The position numbers and the translations under genes were made by a program. Positions 1 to 13,235 of a DNA stretch of 64,000 bases are shown piece after piece. Within the stretch, counting starts at the first letter, position 1, and each line of letters starts with the position of its first letter. The stretch comes from Leucoraja erinacea (lineage: Eukaryota): positions 56,730,001 to 56,794,000 of the forward strand of contig NC_073378.1 of the NCBI RefSeq assembly GCF_028641065.1, read 5' to 3'. The notes beneath the pieces were generated by a model. It did no database searches. It had not been told where the DNA came from and saw only the letters and a program-made list of their open reading frames with translations.

Positions 1-37
1 CCTTTCATGTCCGTGCCGGAAATTTATTTTCCCCTAC

Positions 38-125
38 TCTCTCCAGAGATGCTGCCTGAGAAACGGCAGCATTTTGTGTCTATCTCCAGTGTAAAGCCAG
101 CATCTGCTGCTCCTTCCTACACGTG
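38..125 (+). mobile_element. Penelope-type short repeat (pLTR) fragment
   Basis: ctccagagatgctgcctga...gcattttgtgtctat...ccagcatctgc matches the family seen at 2611, 12720, 28107 and 31992. Confidence 0.6.
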
Positions 126-154
126 TCCATACCAAATATACATCAAACAATACT

Positions 155-470
155 CCAGGCAAGAGGTACCAGATTATTAAAACACATACCTCCAGATTCA
201 GGGACTTTCTTCCCAGGCAACTGAACCATCCTATCAACAACTAGAGAGCAGTCATGAGCTACTATTTACCTCATTGGAGACCCCTGGACTATTTTTAATC
301 AGACTTCACTGGACTTTATCTTGCACTAAATGTTATTCCATTTATCATGTACTCCATATACTCTGTGGATGGCTCGATTGTAATCATGTACAGTATTTCT
401 GCTGTGTGGATAGCATGCAAACAAATATTTTCACTGTATCTTGGTGTTCATGCCAATGAACTAAACTAAA
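155..470 (+). mobile_element. Rex1/Babar-type LINE 3' end
   Basis: GKRYQIIKTHTSRFRDFLP-like C-terminus, then tttcactgtatc..tg..aat..ctaaactaaa tail; same family inverted at 1545, 7405 and 32558. Confidence 0.65.
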
Positions 471-761
471 TCTTCAGATCAGAGTATACTCACACATCCA
501 CCATGCAGCCACTTCAATTCTAATCAGCCTGAGATAAAGACCAGTAATCAAAGAATCATTTTGATTACTTTTGTTTTGTATTGTGTCAATTAACACCTAA
601 ATCTCAGCTTCATTGGAATTCCTGGTATCTCATTTTCAAGGAAGTATTCTGATATTTCTTTGAAGAACTAACCTTCAGATTTTCCCACAATGAACATCAA
701 GAACAAAATGTTGTCTAAACTCTTATTCTGCCTTAGGATATTTGTAAAATTTAACTAACAA

Positions 762-1287
762 TAGACGATAGACAATAGACAATTGGTGCAGGAGTAGGCC
801 TTTCGCCCCTTCGATCTAGCACCACCATTCACTGTAATCATGACTGTACTTCCCCTTTTCCTAATTTGACAACATTCAGATAATAATCTGCCTTCCTGTT
901 TTTGCCACCAAAGTGGATAACCTCACATTTATCAGCCTTCAGTCCCACCAGTCTACCCAACACCATTTCCTGCTTAATGTGAATTTCTTTCAGTTCCTCT
1001 GTCACCCTAGGTCCTCTGGCCACTAGTATATCTGGGAGATTTGTGTCCTCCTTAGTGAAGACAGATCCAAAGTACCTGTTCAACTCGTCTGCCATTTCCT
1101 TGTTCCCAATTATAAATTCACCTATTTCTTTCTTCAAGGATCCAACTTTGCTCTTAACTATTTTTTTCCTCTTCACATACCTAAAGAAGCTTTTACTATC
1201 CTCCTTTATATTCTTGGCTAGCTTGCCTTCGTACATCATCTTTTCTCCACGTATTGCCTTTTTAGTTGTCTACTGTTGCTCTTTAAA
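762..1287 (-). mobile_element. CR1 LINE fragment with internal deletions
   Basis: ORF 838..1239 [15 protein letters not shown]...LNRYFGSVFTKED...LKADK|CEVIHFGGKN; 3' tail at ~762-830. Confidence 0.85.
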
Positions 1288-1331
1288 CTGTATCTTTTTT
1301 TACAGCTTTCGCTCTGCCCTGTTCAATCAGG

Positions 1332-1422
1332 CTGAAGAAAGATGCAGTCCTGAAATATAATATATCCATGTTCTCCAGAGATGCTGCCTGACCTGCTGAG
1401 TTATTCCAGCACTTTGTGTCTT
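1332..1422 (+). mobile_element. Penelope-type short repeat, degenerate hammerhead motif
   Basis: ctgaagaaag...cctgaaa...ttctccagagatgctgcctgacctgctgagttattccagc. Confidence 0.6.
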
Positions 1423-1429
1423 CCAATTG

Positions 1430-2130
1430 TATATTGGATAACGAATTCTCACTTTCCTCATCCAGTGTATGATAAAGATTTTGGTACAGATCTTTTGGTA
1501 ACACAATAATCACAGCCAATTCGGGGAAAATCGCCGTGCCCATTTTGTTTAGTTTAGTTTATTGTCATGTGTACAGAGGTACAGTTTAAAGCTTTAGTTG
1601 TGTGCTAACCAGTCAGTGGAAAGACAATACATGATTACAATTGAACCATTTACAATGTATAGATATGTGATAAGGGAATAACTTTTAATGCAAGGTAAAG
1701 CCAGTAAAGTCCAATCAAAGATAGTCCGAGGCTCACCAATCAGGTTGATAGTAGTTCAGGACTGCTCTCTAGATGTGGTAGTATATGGTAGGATGTGCCA
1801 GTTCTGTTACCGATTATAGATAAATATAAAATAATTATCTTCAAAAGCATGTTTTTTTTCTTGCAAATGATTTCCTGTGCAAAAACCTAATATAAACATT
1901 CCTACCTTGTAAACCAGTCCTTAAAATATTCAATTGGATTTGTAAGAAGTGACATACCCTTCAGAAATCCATGCCGACTCTCTTTGATCATCTGATACCT
2001 ACATAAGCAATCCATCATTCTCCTTTTTCCAGCATTAAACTGACAGTTTTGTGATTACCAGATTTCTATCTTCCATTTTTCATAACCAATGGATTGATAT
2101 TTGCAACTTTACAATCCAAAGGCTTTGGGA
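1430..2130 (-). mobile_element. Old, fragmented CR1 ORF2 relic (interrupted by a Rex1 tail)
   Basis: minus-strand CKVANINPL..KNG, IKESRHGFLKG..LTN.IEYFKD and LDEESENSLS are degenerate CR1 RT motifs. Confidence 0.5.
1545..1790 (-). mobile_element. Rex1/Babar-type LINE 3' tail
   Basis: (gttta)n + tttattgtcatgtgtacagaggtacagt; reverse complement of the tail at 155-470. Confidence 0.7.
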
Positions 2131-2610
2131 AAATATGTATATTACAACTGTCATATGTCTTTATTTGGATTTTATGTGTCTGAAAAACTGTGCTGTAAAC
2201 CAATGTGACAAAACCGAATTGATACATTTTTTTATTTATATAGCATCTTTCACATTGCACTGCAAGGCCAAAAGATTAACTTGAAGTTTCATTATTTGGA
2301 AAGTAAACAATACTGCAATTAACAAACACACACTTTCGAATGAAATTTACAGTTGCATTTTACATCTTCCGAAATTCTTAATCCATTTTTATCTTATTTT
2401 ACTCCATGATAATTTAAATCAACAATTTGACAGATTCACTTCATTGCTCCTGTTTTCAAAATAAGAAACTGTGACAGATGCTACAGGAAAATATTTTTAA
2501 ATATCAAGTCGATCAGGAATAATGAGTATGTTTTCCATTTATCCAAAATATAGAGTCCAACAAGCATCCACATGTGATTTATTTCACATTTTATTTAAGC
2601 AGTAGACATA

Positions 2611-2751
2611 ACTGTAGAAGAACGGTCTCAACCCGAAACGTTACACATTCCTCTTCTCCAGAGATGCTGCCTCTCGCTAAGTTACTCCAACATTTTGTGT
2701 CTATATTCGGTTTAAACCTGCATCTGTAGTTCCTTCCTTCACACTGTAGAA
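2611..2751 (+). mobile_element. Penelope-type short repeat with 9-bp TSD (coordinates include TSDs)
   Basis: actgtagaa at 2611-2619 and 2743-2751 flanks gaagaacggtctcaacccgaaacgttacac... Confidence 0.7.
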
Positions 2752-3119
2752 TTTAGGTTCACCCAAAATAAAAAGAAAATAATCTGATTCTGCTTGTTAT
2801 TTCTGAATGAACTCTCTTTGAGCTGCCACTAAAACTGAAACATATTCACTCTCCTAACACAGAGAAACAAGATCTACATCTGCCAGGATTATCAGCTTAG
2901 TATTACAGCCAGCAAAACTGTCATAGCAACAGATCTGTTAGATGTAGAGTCCAAAATCCATCCAGTTCTGTTCCACTCTGATAGTCAACGAACACAGTGA
3001 TAATGGTGTTGTTTACTGATTGTAGCAATCTATTTCACTCAATTACCCCATAAAACCTTGCACACGTTGAATTGTAGCAATCAGATCATTAGCTTAACTA
3101 ATCACACCTTTCTGAAATA

Positions 3120-3958
3120 AAGTCATAGAGTGAGACAGCATGGAAACAAGCCCTTTGGCCTAACTTGCCCGCATTTCCCAGCTGCACTAGTTCCACCTGC
3201 CTGTGTTTGGCCCATATCCCCCTATACCTGTCCTATCCTTGTCCCTGTGTAATTGTTTCTTAAATATTGGGATAGTCTCTGCCTCAACTACCTCCTCTGG
3301 CAGCTTGTTCCATACACCCACTTTCATACTTTGTGCGAAAATATTATCCCTCAGATTCCTATTAAATCTTTTCCCCTTCAACTTTAAACAATGTCCTTTG
3401 GTCCTCAATTCCCCTACTGTGGGAAAGAGACTCTGTGCATCTACCCGATCTATTCATATAACCATATGACATATAATAATTACAGCACGGAAACAGGCCA
3501 TCTCGGCCCTACAAGTCCGTGCCGAACAACTTTTTTCCCTTAGTCCCACCTGCCTGCACTCATACCATAACCCTCCATCCCTTCTCATCCATATGCCTAT
3601 CCAATTTATTTTTAAATGATACCAACGAACCTGCCTCCACCACTTCCACTGGAAGCTCATTCCACACCGCTACCACTGTCTGAGTAAAGAAGTTCCCCCT
3701 CATGTTACCCCTAAACTTCTGTCCCTTAATTCTGAAGTAATGTCCTCTTGTTTGAATCTTCCCTATTCTCAAAGGGAAAAGCTGATCCACATCAACTCTG
3801 TCTATCCCTCTCATCATTTTAAAGACCTCTATCAAATCCCCCCTTAACCTTCTGCGCTCCAGAGAATAAAGACCTAACTTATTCAACCTATCTCTGTAAC
3901 TTAGTTGTTGAAACCCAGGCAACATTCATTCCTCTCATGACTTTATGCACCTCTATAA
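3120..3958 (-). mobile_element. Two nested CR1 3' fragments
   Basis: ORF 3560..3925 LGLYSLERRRLRGDLIEVFK...TRGH..GNFFTQ inserted (attc junctions) into a second CR1 (ORF 3187..3408). Confidence 0.85.
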
Positions 3959-4149
3959 TCATAATCATACTTTATTAGCCAAGTATTATTTTGCAACATA
4001 TGAGGAATTTGATTTGCCATAGTCACACCAATAAAAAGCAACTAAACACACAAAATACATTTTAACATAAACATCCATCACAGTGACTCCTCCACAATCC
4101 TCACTGTGATGGAAGGCAAAAAAAAAGTTCAACCCTTCTTTGTTCTATA
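3959..4149 (-). mobile_element. Short LINE 3' tail (Rex1-like) with tctataa duplication
   Basis: (tcataa)n + tttattagccaagtat; tctataa on both flanks. Confidence 0.5.
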
Positions 4150-4947
4150 AGATCTATTACAGTTATTCTATGGTCATACAATATATTACAGTCATTCTTA
4201 ATGTTTACAAAGTTCTCACATGCATGCAAGGTACATTTTGAAGTTGTGAATGGTTAGTGATTTCCCTGTTTCTGTATTATTTCTACTTCCTGAAATATCC
4301 AGTGCTGCCTCCAGTGATAATATTGTGGTGACTACAACCCAGAAATATCTAACATTCTTCAATACTGTACCATGAATCTGTTGGTTCTATAATTATATAA
4401 CATTGATGCCCAGCAATGATGAGTGCATTTTACAGAATCAGTTGCTATGGGTAATGGGATGGGGTACAAAGATTGGTTTAAAAATTCGTACAGAAATTGA
4501 GTAAATTTGTGTGTAAGCGCATAGGTATACATGAGGGAAACAGACTTCTTGCATTTCACAAAGGTGGCATGTATATATTCGCTGCAGGTCATAGATATTT
4601 TATGTAAGTTTTTTTTTCACAGCAGATTCTCCAGAATTGTTATGGACTGTCATGGTGGTAGAGTTACCATGGTTATTAATGGTAATGCAAAGGCCTGCAG
4701 GTGTTTGATATATTTATAAACTCCTGACTGCTTCTGGGAAAATAGTTCTGGTTCGATTAACACCTCCCGTTCTCAGCGAAAAATCTTTGCTTTATAAGCA
4801 CAACTTAAGAAGCCTTTGTTTTATTTTCCAGACCACATGCAGTATAATTATATTTAAATCCACTTAATGAGGGTCTTGCAGAATTGTTTCATATAATTCT
4901 GTTTGGTCAATCTAATTATATTCGCTGGTAGATAAGAAAATACTTAC

Positions 4948-5044
4948 GAGTTGAGATTAACATGTCGTTCTTGAGTTCAAATGCTAAATTTTCAGAGACA
5001 CAGGGAACCTGAATAATCTTCAAGTTGCACTGGGTGTTTTTGAA
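4948..5044 (-). CDS. Candidate internal exon of an unidentified host gene (97 nt)
   Basis: minus strand tttgtattttcag|...|gtaagta; only phase 0 is open: FKNTQCNLKIIQVPCVSENLAFELKNDMLIST; no homologue recognised. Confidence 0.25.
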
Positions 5045-5284
5045 CTGAAAATACAAATATGATCTTTAATTCTTATGACATTGAAATTAATTGGTATATT
5101 TTTTATCCTTTAGACTGAGTTTGACATGATCAGCTCAGTATTAACATTATATGCGTAATTTGTTATTTGTTTTTTAAATCATAAAACCTCCTTGGGAGCA
5201 GGAAGCTATCCTGAAACATCCTTCATTAGTATAATTGTTTATCAAATAATACATCCAAACTAATCTTGACAAGACAGCTTAAAA

Positions 5285-5830
5285 CAGTAAAGAACAGGAA
5301 CAGGCCCTTCGATCCACAATGTCTGTGCCGAACATGATGTCAAGATAAACTAATCTCATCCAAATCCATGTGATCCATATCTCTTAATTCCCTGTACATC
5401 TCTGTGCCTATCTAAATGCCTCGTAAATGCTACTATCGTATCTCCTCCACCACTATCCCAGGCATCTAACATGCGCTGTGTAAAAAACTTGCCTTGCACA
5501 CCTCCTTTAAACTTTGTCCCTCTCACCTTAAAGCTGTGCCCTCTAGTCATAACCATAGAGACCTACAGCACAGAAACATGCCTTTCGGCCCAACCTACCC
5601 ATACTGACTAAGATGCCCCATCTATACTAGTTCCACCTGCCCTCTAAATCTTTCCTATCCTCGTCATTAACATTTTCAAACTGGGAAAATGCCTCTCATA
5701 ACAACATCCACTTCTCTCAGGTCACCACTCAAGCTCTGGTACTTCAGCAAAAATAATATGTCTGTGTAGTTAATACCCCCTATTCCAGGCAGCATTCTGG
5801 TAAACTTCTTCAGCACCCTCTCCAAAGCCT
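5285..5830 (-). mobile_element. CR1 3' fragments (nested)
   Basis: ORF 5356..5556 TRGHSFKVRG..GKFFTQR; two CR1 tails. Confidence 0.75.
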
Positions 5831-5899
5831 GCTTTAAAATTTACTATTTATTTCGAAACTGGCACCAGGAATGGAATAACCATGGCCATGGTGGAGGGA

Positions 5900-7390
5900 C
5901 AGGTCTTAACACTGAGCAATCAGGAGGTACAGTGCGCTCTGCATAGGATCAATCCACACAAGGCTGCAGGCCCGGACGGAGTCCAAGGAAGGGTACTAAA
6001 GGACTGTGCTTAATAGCTGGCTGAGGTATTCACAAGGATCTTTAACCTGTTTCTATCACTGGCAACAGTCCCCAAGTGCCTGAAGACAGCTACCATAGTG
6101 CCGGTGCCGAAAAAGTCAAAAGTCACCAACCTGAACGACTACTGTCCGGTTGCCTTAAATCCAATGCCCATGAAGTACTTTGAAAGGCTGGTCCTATCTC
6201 ACATCAAATCCAGCATCCCTGTCTCACTGGACTCACGTCAATTTGCATACAGGGCAAATCAATCCACAGAGGATGCCATCTCTCTAGCTCTTCACACTGT
6301 CCTGACTCACCTGGAAAGACAGGGCACGTACGTGAGGATGCTCTTCATAGACTATAGCTCTGCCTTCAACACAGTCATCCCACCAAGCTCACCACCAAAG
6401 TCCACCAGCTAGGCCTCAGCTCGCCGATATGCGACTGGATCCTGAATTTCCTGACGGAGCGACTGCAGGCAGTGAGACTGGGCCCGCACCTGTCCTCCAC
6501 TATCACTCTGAGCACCGGCATACCACAGGGCTGATGGAGCCCGATGTTCTACTCCCTCTTCACACACGACTGTGTTCCTGCATTCTACGCCAACATCATT
6601 GTCAAGTTTGCGGACGACACAACGGTGTTCGGGCTGATCACCAACGGTGATGAAACAAAATACAGAGCAGAGGTGCAGAACCTGGCAGACTGGTGCTCAA
6701 GTAACAACTTGTCCCTCAACACCTCTAAGACCAAAGAGCTGATTATCGACTTTAGGAGGACACAAAATGGGGAACACGCCCCAATCTCTATCAACCGGGA
6801 CAGTGTGGAGAGAGTGTCCAGCTTTAGGTTTCTGGGCACTCACATTTCGGAGGGCCTCACATGGTCCACCAACACTGCCACGCTGGTCAAGAAGGCACAG
6901 CAATGACTGTTCTTCCAAAGAACATTGAAAAAGACTGGTCTGCCCTAACAGCTGCTGACAACCTTCTACCGCTGCACCACAGAGAGCATACTAACACATG
7001 GCATCTCGGTGTGGTATCTCAGCTGCACGGAGGCGGAGAGGAGAGCTCTTCAGCTACCAGCCTTGGAGGGCATCTACTACACACAGTGCCTCAGGAAGGC
7101 CGTCAGCATCCACAAAGACTCCTCACACCCTTGTAATAGTCTATTCAAACTCCTACCTTCCGGCAGACATTACAAGGCCTTCTACGCTCGCACCTCCAGA
7201 CTCAGGAACAGCTTTATCCCCAGAGCTATCGCTGTTCTGAACCACGCACATCGACCCGGCACAGACATATTTGCACTTTAGACTGACTTACTGTTTTACT
7301 GTTCTTTTTTTTTTCATAAATCATGTTTATTGGGGTATCTCAATTTTATTAGTTGTTTAAGTTATGACTATCGGATGGAAGCAGGGATAA
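5900..7390 (+). mobile_element. Rex1/Babar LINE, 5'-truncated, disrupted RT
   Basis: [68 protein letters not shown]; stops and frameshifts. Confidence 0.9.
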
Positions 7391-7404
7391 TAGGAATTAC
7401 ATAA

Positions 7405-7650
7405 TTTAGTTAGTTAGTTAGTTTAGTTTAGTCCGAGGTACAATGAAATACTTTTGTTGGGTGCTAACCAGTCAGCGGAAAGAAAATACATGATTACAAT
7501 CAAGCCATCCACAGTGTACAGATTAATGATAAAGAGAATTACAAGTCTAGTAAAGTCCGATCAAAGATAGTCCGTGGGTCTCCAGTGTGGTAGTGGCCTG
7601 ATAACAGCTGGGAAGAAACTGTCCTTGAATCCGGAGGTGTGCGTTTCTCT
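7405..7650 (-). mobile_element. Rex1/Babar LINE 3' tail
   Basis: (ttag)n/(gttta)n + ccgaggtacaatgaaa; same family as 1545. Confidence 0.7.
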
Positions 7651-7659
7651 GTATTAAAA

Positions 7660-7825
7660 TCCATCAAACATTCCTCAGCCCACCTGCCCAACTGATCAAG
7701 ATCCTGCTATAATTTTTGACAACCATCTTCACTACACTACAATACCACCTACTTTTGTGTCTTCTGCAAACTTGCTAACCATGCCATGTACTTTCTCATC
7801 CAAATAATTGATATAGATGGCAAAC
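7660..7825 (-). mobile_element. CR1 RT fragment
   Basis: minus strand encodes MVSKFAEDTKVGG...QQDLDQLGRWAE. Confidence 0.65.
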
Positions 7826-8279
7826 ATTTGTTCCTGTCCTCACTGATTGGGGTCTGTTGGTCAGGAAGATGAGGATCCAGTTGCAAAGATGAGTGCTGAC
7901 TCCAAGTCCCCCGAGTTTGATGATGAGCTTGGATAGGATAACGATGTTAAAAGCAGAGCTAAAGTCTAAGAACAGGAGTCTGATATAGGTGTCTCTCTTA
8001 TCCAGATGTTCTTGGGATGAGTGTAGGGCTAGGGAGATGGCATCAGCCATAGACCTGTTGTGGTGGTAGGTAAACTGCAGCGGATAAAGGCCGTTGGGTA
8101 TGCTGAATTTAATGCATTCCATAACTGGCTTGTCAAAGCACTTTATGATGGTGGATGTCAAGGCCACTGGACGGTAGTCATTAAGGCATGAGATCTTGCT
8201 TTTCTTCGGCACCGGATTGATAGTGGTGGTTTTGAGGCAGGTTGGTACCTCAGAACAGAGTGGGAAGAGATTAAAGATA
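7826..8279 (-). mobile_element. Rex1/Babar LINE RT fragment (continues at 10928)
   Basis: ORF 7796..8212 [11 protein letters not shown]...[12 protein letters not shown]. Confidence 0.85.
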
Positions 8280-8655
8280 ATTAAGAGGGGGAAAATAGAG
8301 CATGAATGCTTGCGGGGAATATAAAAACTGACTGCAAAAGCTTTTTTAGATATGTGAAGAGGAAAATTTTAGTGAAGACAAATGTAGGCTCAGAAACAGT
8401 GGAATGTATAATGGGAAACAAGGAAATGGCAGAACAGTTAAACAAATACTTTGGTTCTGTCTTCACTAAGGAAGATGCAAATAATCTCCCAGGGGACCGA
8501 GGATCTGGCGTGACAGAAGAACTGACAGAAATTCACATTAGTCATGAAATGATGTTGGGTAAACTGTTGGGACTGAAGGCAGATAAATCCCGAGGGCTAG
8601 ATGGTCTACATCCCAGAGTACTCAAGGAGGTGGCCCTAGAAATCGTAGATGCATT

Positions 8656-9059
8656 CTAGGGCCAAGGCACGGCACTTACCGTTCAACTCTGGGTGGGCCC
8701 CCCTCTCTATCTCTCTCTCTCCATCTCCCCCCGCTATCCGTGTCCGGGCCGCCGGGCTCCGCTCGCTCCTTATCCGCCGGCACGGCAGGCCGCCTTGCAC
8801 ATGCGCATAGCTGAGGCCTGCAAGTCCTCCCCCCTGCACATGCGCACAACCACGGCCAGCACACCATCGGCCGCCCTGCGCATGCGCACTGCAACGGCAA
8901 CTGGTCGGTGCTGGGTACTTTCTCCTCACTTTGAATTGTGGGAGATTTGGCCGCCATGGTTGTCCGGTCGCTGCCTCGCCGCCAGCGCTGAAAACCAACG
9001 TGGAGGGGGCCTCACAAGTGGAACAGCTTAGGGCCTCTTTTCATCTAAATCCAGCCCTG
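8656..9059. mobile_element. Non-autonomous hAT-like element with 8-bp TSD
   Basis: gatgcatt at 8648-8655 and 9060-9067; ends c(t)agggc...gccctg; interrupts CR1 at EIVDA|LG. Confidence 0.75.
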
Positions 9060-10404
9060 GATGCATTGGGTATCATTTTCCAATGTTCCATAGACTTTGG
9101 ATCAGTTCTTGTGGACTGGAGGGTAGCTAATGTAACCCCACTTTTTAAGAAATGAGGGAGAGAAAAAACAGGAAATAATAGACCAGTTAGCCTGACCGGT
9201 AGTGGGGAAGATGCCTGAGTCAATTATTAAAGATGTAATAGCAGCACATTTGGAAAGCAGTGACAGGATCGGCAAAGTCAGCATGGATTTATAATGGGGA
9301 AATCATGCTTGACTAATCTGCTAGAACTTTTTGAGTATGTAACATGCAGAATGGATTAAGGATGAGTCAGTGGATGTGGTGTATCTGGACTTTCAAAAAG
9401 TCTCTGACAAGGTCCACACAAGAGATTAGTATGCAAAATTAGAGCACATGGTATTGGGGGTAGGATATTGACAAGGGTAGAGAACTGGTGGGCAGACAAG
9501 AAGCAAAGAGTAGGAATTAACGTGTCCTTTTCAGAATGGCAGGCAATGACTAGTGGGATGCCGCAAGGCTCAGTGCTGGGACCCCAGTGATTTACAATAT
9601 TTATTAACGATTTTGACAAAGGAATTAAATGTAACATCTTCAAGTTTCAGGATGACACAAAGCTGGATGGCAGTGTGATCTGCAATGAGGATGCTATGAG
9701 GCAACAGGGTGACTTGGATAGGTTGGGTGAGTGGGCTAATGCATGGCAGATGCAGTATAATGTGGATAAATGTGAGTGTATCCACTTTGGTGGCGAACAA
9801 GAAGGCAGATTGTTATCTGAATGGTGTCAGATTAGGAAAATGGGAAGTGCAACGAGACATAGGTGTCCTTGTACATCAGTCACTGAAAGTAAGCATGCAG
9901 GTACAGTAAACAGTGAAGAAAACTAATGGCATGTTGTCCTTCATAGCGAGAGGATTTGAGTTTAGGAGCAAGGAGGTCCGACTGCAGTTGTACACACCCT
10001 GGTGAGACTGCACCTGGAGTATTCTGTGCAGTTTTGGTCTCCTAATTTCAAGAAGGACATTCTTGCTGTTGAGTGAGTGCAGCAAAGGTTCATCAGGTTA
10101 ATTCCCGGGATGGCGGGACTTACAGATGATGAAAGAATTCAGCGACTGGGCTTATATTCACTGGAATTTAGAAGGATGACAGCAGATCTTATAGAAACAT
10201 ATAAAATTCTTCAGGGATTGGACAGGCTAGATGCAGGAAAAATGTTCCCGATGTTGGGGGAAGTCCAGAACCAGGGGTCACAGTTTGGGTAGGCCATTTA
10301 GGACTGAGATGAGGAAAAACTTCTTCAGCCAGACAGTTGTGAATCTGTGCAATTCTCTGCCACAGAAGGCAGTGCAGGCCAATTCACTGGATGTATTCAC
10401 GAGA

Positions 10405-10779
10405 GAGACGGAGGCGTGAAGTGGGGGCATCGACATTGGTGAGGCCCGCAGTCGACGGTCAATTAGAGCGTGGAACCGCTGTGAGGGGGAGGGGAAGAAT
10501 AATCGAGGACCAGGCGTGGGGGGACTGTCGTGAGGGGGGAGGGGAAGAACAATTGGACAATGGGGGGAGGGGACAAAGGACAATGGAGACCCGGCATGAG
10601 GGAAACGCTGTGGGGGTGGTGGGGGACAAAAGGGGGAGCGGCCGTGCGTTGTTACTTTGTCAGTGCTATAGGTGGCTGCTATTTGTATACATTGTGTATG
10701 CAAGCAAAGAATCTCACTGTGCCTAGTCGCATGTGACAATAAAGTATTCCTATTCCTATTCCTCCTATTCCTATTCCTA
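10405..10779 (+). mobile_element. GC-rich non-coding retroposon with Rex1-type tail
   Basis: G-rich body, ctcactgtgcc..catgtgacaataaa + (attcct)n tail; inserted in CR1; homologue at 27350-27730 (-). Confidence 0.55.
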
Positions 10780-10927
10780 TAGATCTTAGCGCTAACAGAA
10801 TCAAGGGATATGAGGAGAAAGCAGGAACAGGGTACTGATTCTGGATGATCATCATATTGAATGGCGGTGCTGGCTCAAAGGGCAGAATGGCATACTCCTG
10901 CACCAATGTTCTATGTTTCTATGTTTC

Positions 10928-11998
10928 TATATCCATGAATACTCCTGCCAGCTGGTGCACACAGTTTCTAAGGATGTGGCCAGGGACTCTACCTGGGCCA
11001 GTTGCTTTCTGCGGGTTCACACTCAGGAAGGCCAATCTAACTTCTGCAACCTTAACCCTGGGAAGAGGCACACTTGAGTCTGAACGGTCGGATGTCATCA
11101 CCCACTTGGCCTTCTGCTCAAAGCAAGCATAGAAAGCATTAATTTAATCGTGTAGGGCCGCACTAACACCAATGATATTGCCTGACTTCTCTCTGCGGCC
11201 CCATAGCAGAAGCGTCCACGTTGCGGGGCTGGAAACTGGAAGTATCCTGAGCTAATTCTGCTATGACCATAATCTATTACAACAAGTAATGGCTCCCACT
11301 GATTGTCGCCGAAGCTTGCGTCCTTTTCAGGACGGACGATGACAGTGATTTCAATATTTGAAATATGGAAGATGGACATCAAAGAAGAACTCTGCAGCCA
11401 GTTATATTATTCAGACCTTGCCACATTCTACATGTATCCAAATGATTATACTGGGACTCAAGTTTGTCCTGGCATTGTCTCTTGGCATCTTTGTTTTCGG
11501 AGATCACAGCAGGCTTTTTTGAACCACTCGGCATCGTTTGACTTGTATGCAGCGGACTTAGCCTTCACCAGTGAATATGGACCAGTCCACTGACAAAAAG
11601 CAGTTGTGTACAATATCATCCATGTCCACCAATCAGCTCTGTGTACTGAATCCTCCTGCTTCCGTTTTTGTTTGTAGGCAGGGAGTAGAAGCACAGCTAC
11701 GTGTTCAGATTTCCCAAAATGTGACCGAGGGACAGAGCAGTAGGTATTTTTTATTGGTATGTAGCACCTGGCCAAGGGTGTTCAGGCCTCTGGTGGGACA
11801 AGAGACATGCTGGTAATACGCTGATCATGTGTCCCTGAGTTTGGCTTGATTGAAATCTCTGGCTTCAGGGCTTTAGCGTGTTTTGTCATAAGGCTGTTGA
11901 TAGTGGTGTACAGTCCGTTCAGAGCAAGCTGGATATCTGCACAGGGAGCAATGTAAACTGCTGTCAGGATATAACTGAGGTAAATTCCCTTCAGCAGG
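10928..11998 (-). mobile_element. Rex1/Babar LINE upstream part (endonuclease end and linker)
   Basis: HFGKSEHVAVLLLPAYKQK and VNPQKATGPGRVPGHILRNCVHQLAGVFMDI. Confidence 0.8.
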
Positions 11999-12719
11999 TT
12001 GTAGCAAATTTTTAAATTGTTGAAATGTTGTAGGACTCAGGAATTATGTATTACCCATGCAAAACAGACAGATTGTTACAGGATAACTACAGTTACATTC
12101 ATTAGGTGTCACTTATTAGCAGAGTATAATAGTATAATAGCAGGGATCTGACTGTTGACAAAAAAACTCTGCAATTTGAAAAGAATGAGATGGAAATTTG
12201 CCCTCTCTCAGTCGTGCTAAATTAACACGTCATTGCACATTTTGTTCTGCTTCCGAAATTCAATTCCGATGAAATCAACAAAATAATTTATAACGGAGTG
12301 AAATATACCGCTGACTAATTAAATGTACTGCCTTTGGTAACAAATAAATGATGGATAGTTTTGGCTTCTTTGAACATATTGCTTTAACCAATGAATACTG
12401 AAGGCAACATGAGACCAGCTGCTGAGAAAGGTCACTGAACGCAACAATGTGAAAGAGGTGGAAAATATCACTGTATAACCATAGCTTGAAGGAGATTGAT
12501 TACCATCAGGATGCAGCCTGAAATGTGAGGAAAATATGTTATTATTAATATGTACACAGCTATTGGACTGTTCCTCAAGCATAAAACAAGCATTAGGAGC
12601 ATTTTTACCATTTGAAATTCTTCAATTCCCATAACACACATTTCCCATGAATGGAAGCCAGTGGATGGATTTGAATACAGAGATTGCATCTTTTCCAGCT
12701 TTCACCCCCCATTATAAAC

Positions 12720-12848
12720 ACTGAAGAAAGGTCCTAACCTGAAACGTCATCTATCCATGTCTTCCAAAGATGCTGCCTGCCCCACTGAGTTGCATATGCA
12801 TCTTGTGTTTTATGCAAGATTCCAGCATTTGCAGTTCCTTGTGTCTCC
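12720..12848 (+). mobile_element. Penelope-type short repeat with hammerhead core
   Basis: CTGAAGA aaggtcctaacct GAAA CGTC then family body. Confidence 0.65.
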
Positions 12849-12944
12849 AAATGAAAGCATATGTAAGGTTTAGGAAAATTAAATCAGATGAGGTCTTTGA
12901 GGAATACAATGCAAGCAAGAATAAACTCAAGCAAGTAATTAGAA

Positions 12945-13235
12945 TTTCATACGTTTATAAGTTCCAGGAGCAGAATAAGGCCATTCGGCCCATTAAGCCT
13001 ACTCCTCCATTCAATCATGGCTGGTCTACCTTTCCATCTCAACCCCATTCTCTTGCCTGCGCCCCATAACCCCTGATCCCCTTACTAATCAAAAACCTGT
13101 CAATCTTCGTCTTAAAAATATCCATCGACTTGGCCTCCACAGCCATCCGTGGCAATGAATTCCACAGATTCACTTCCTTCTGAATAAAGAAATTCCTCCT
13201 CATCTCCATTCTAAAGGTACATACTTTTATTCTGA
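12945..13235 (-). mobile_element. CR1 3' end
   Basis: FRMEMRRNFFIQKEVNLWNSLP and conserved 3' UTR hairpin region. Confidence 0.8.

Larger units (their letters stand above)
8280..10927 (+). mobile_element. CR1 LINE (5'-truncated) inserted into Rex1
   Basis: [40 protein letters not shown], (ttctatgt)n tail; splits Rex1 GVFMDI|FNL. Confidence 0.9.
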
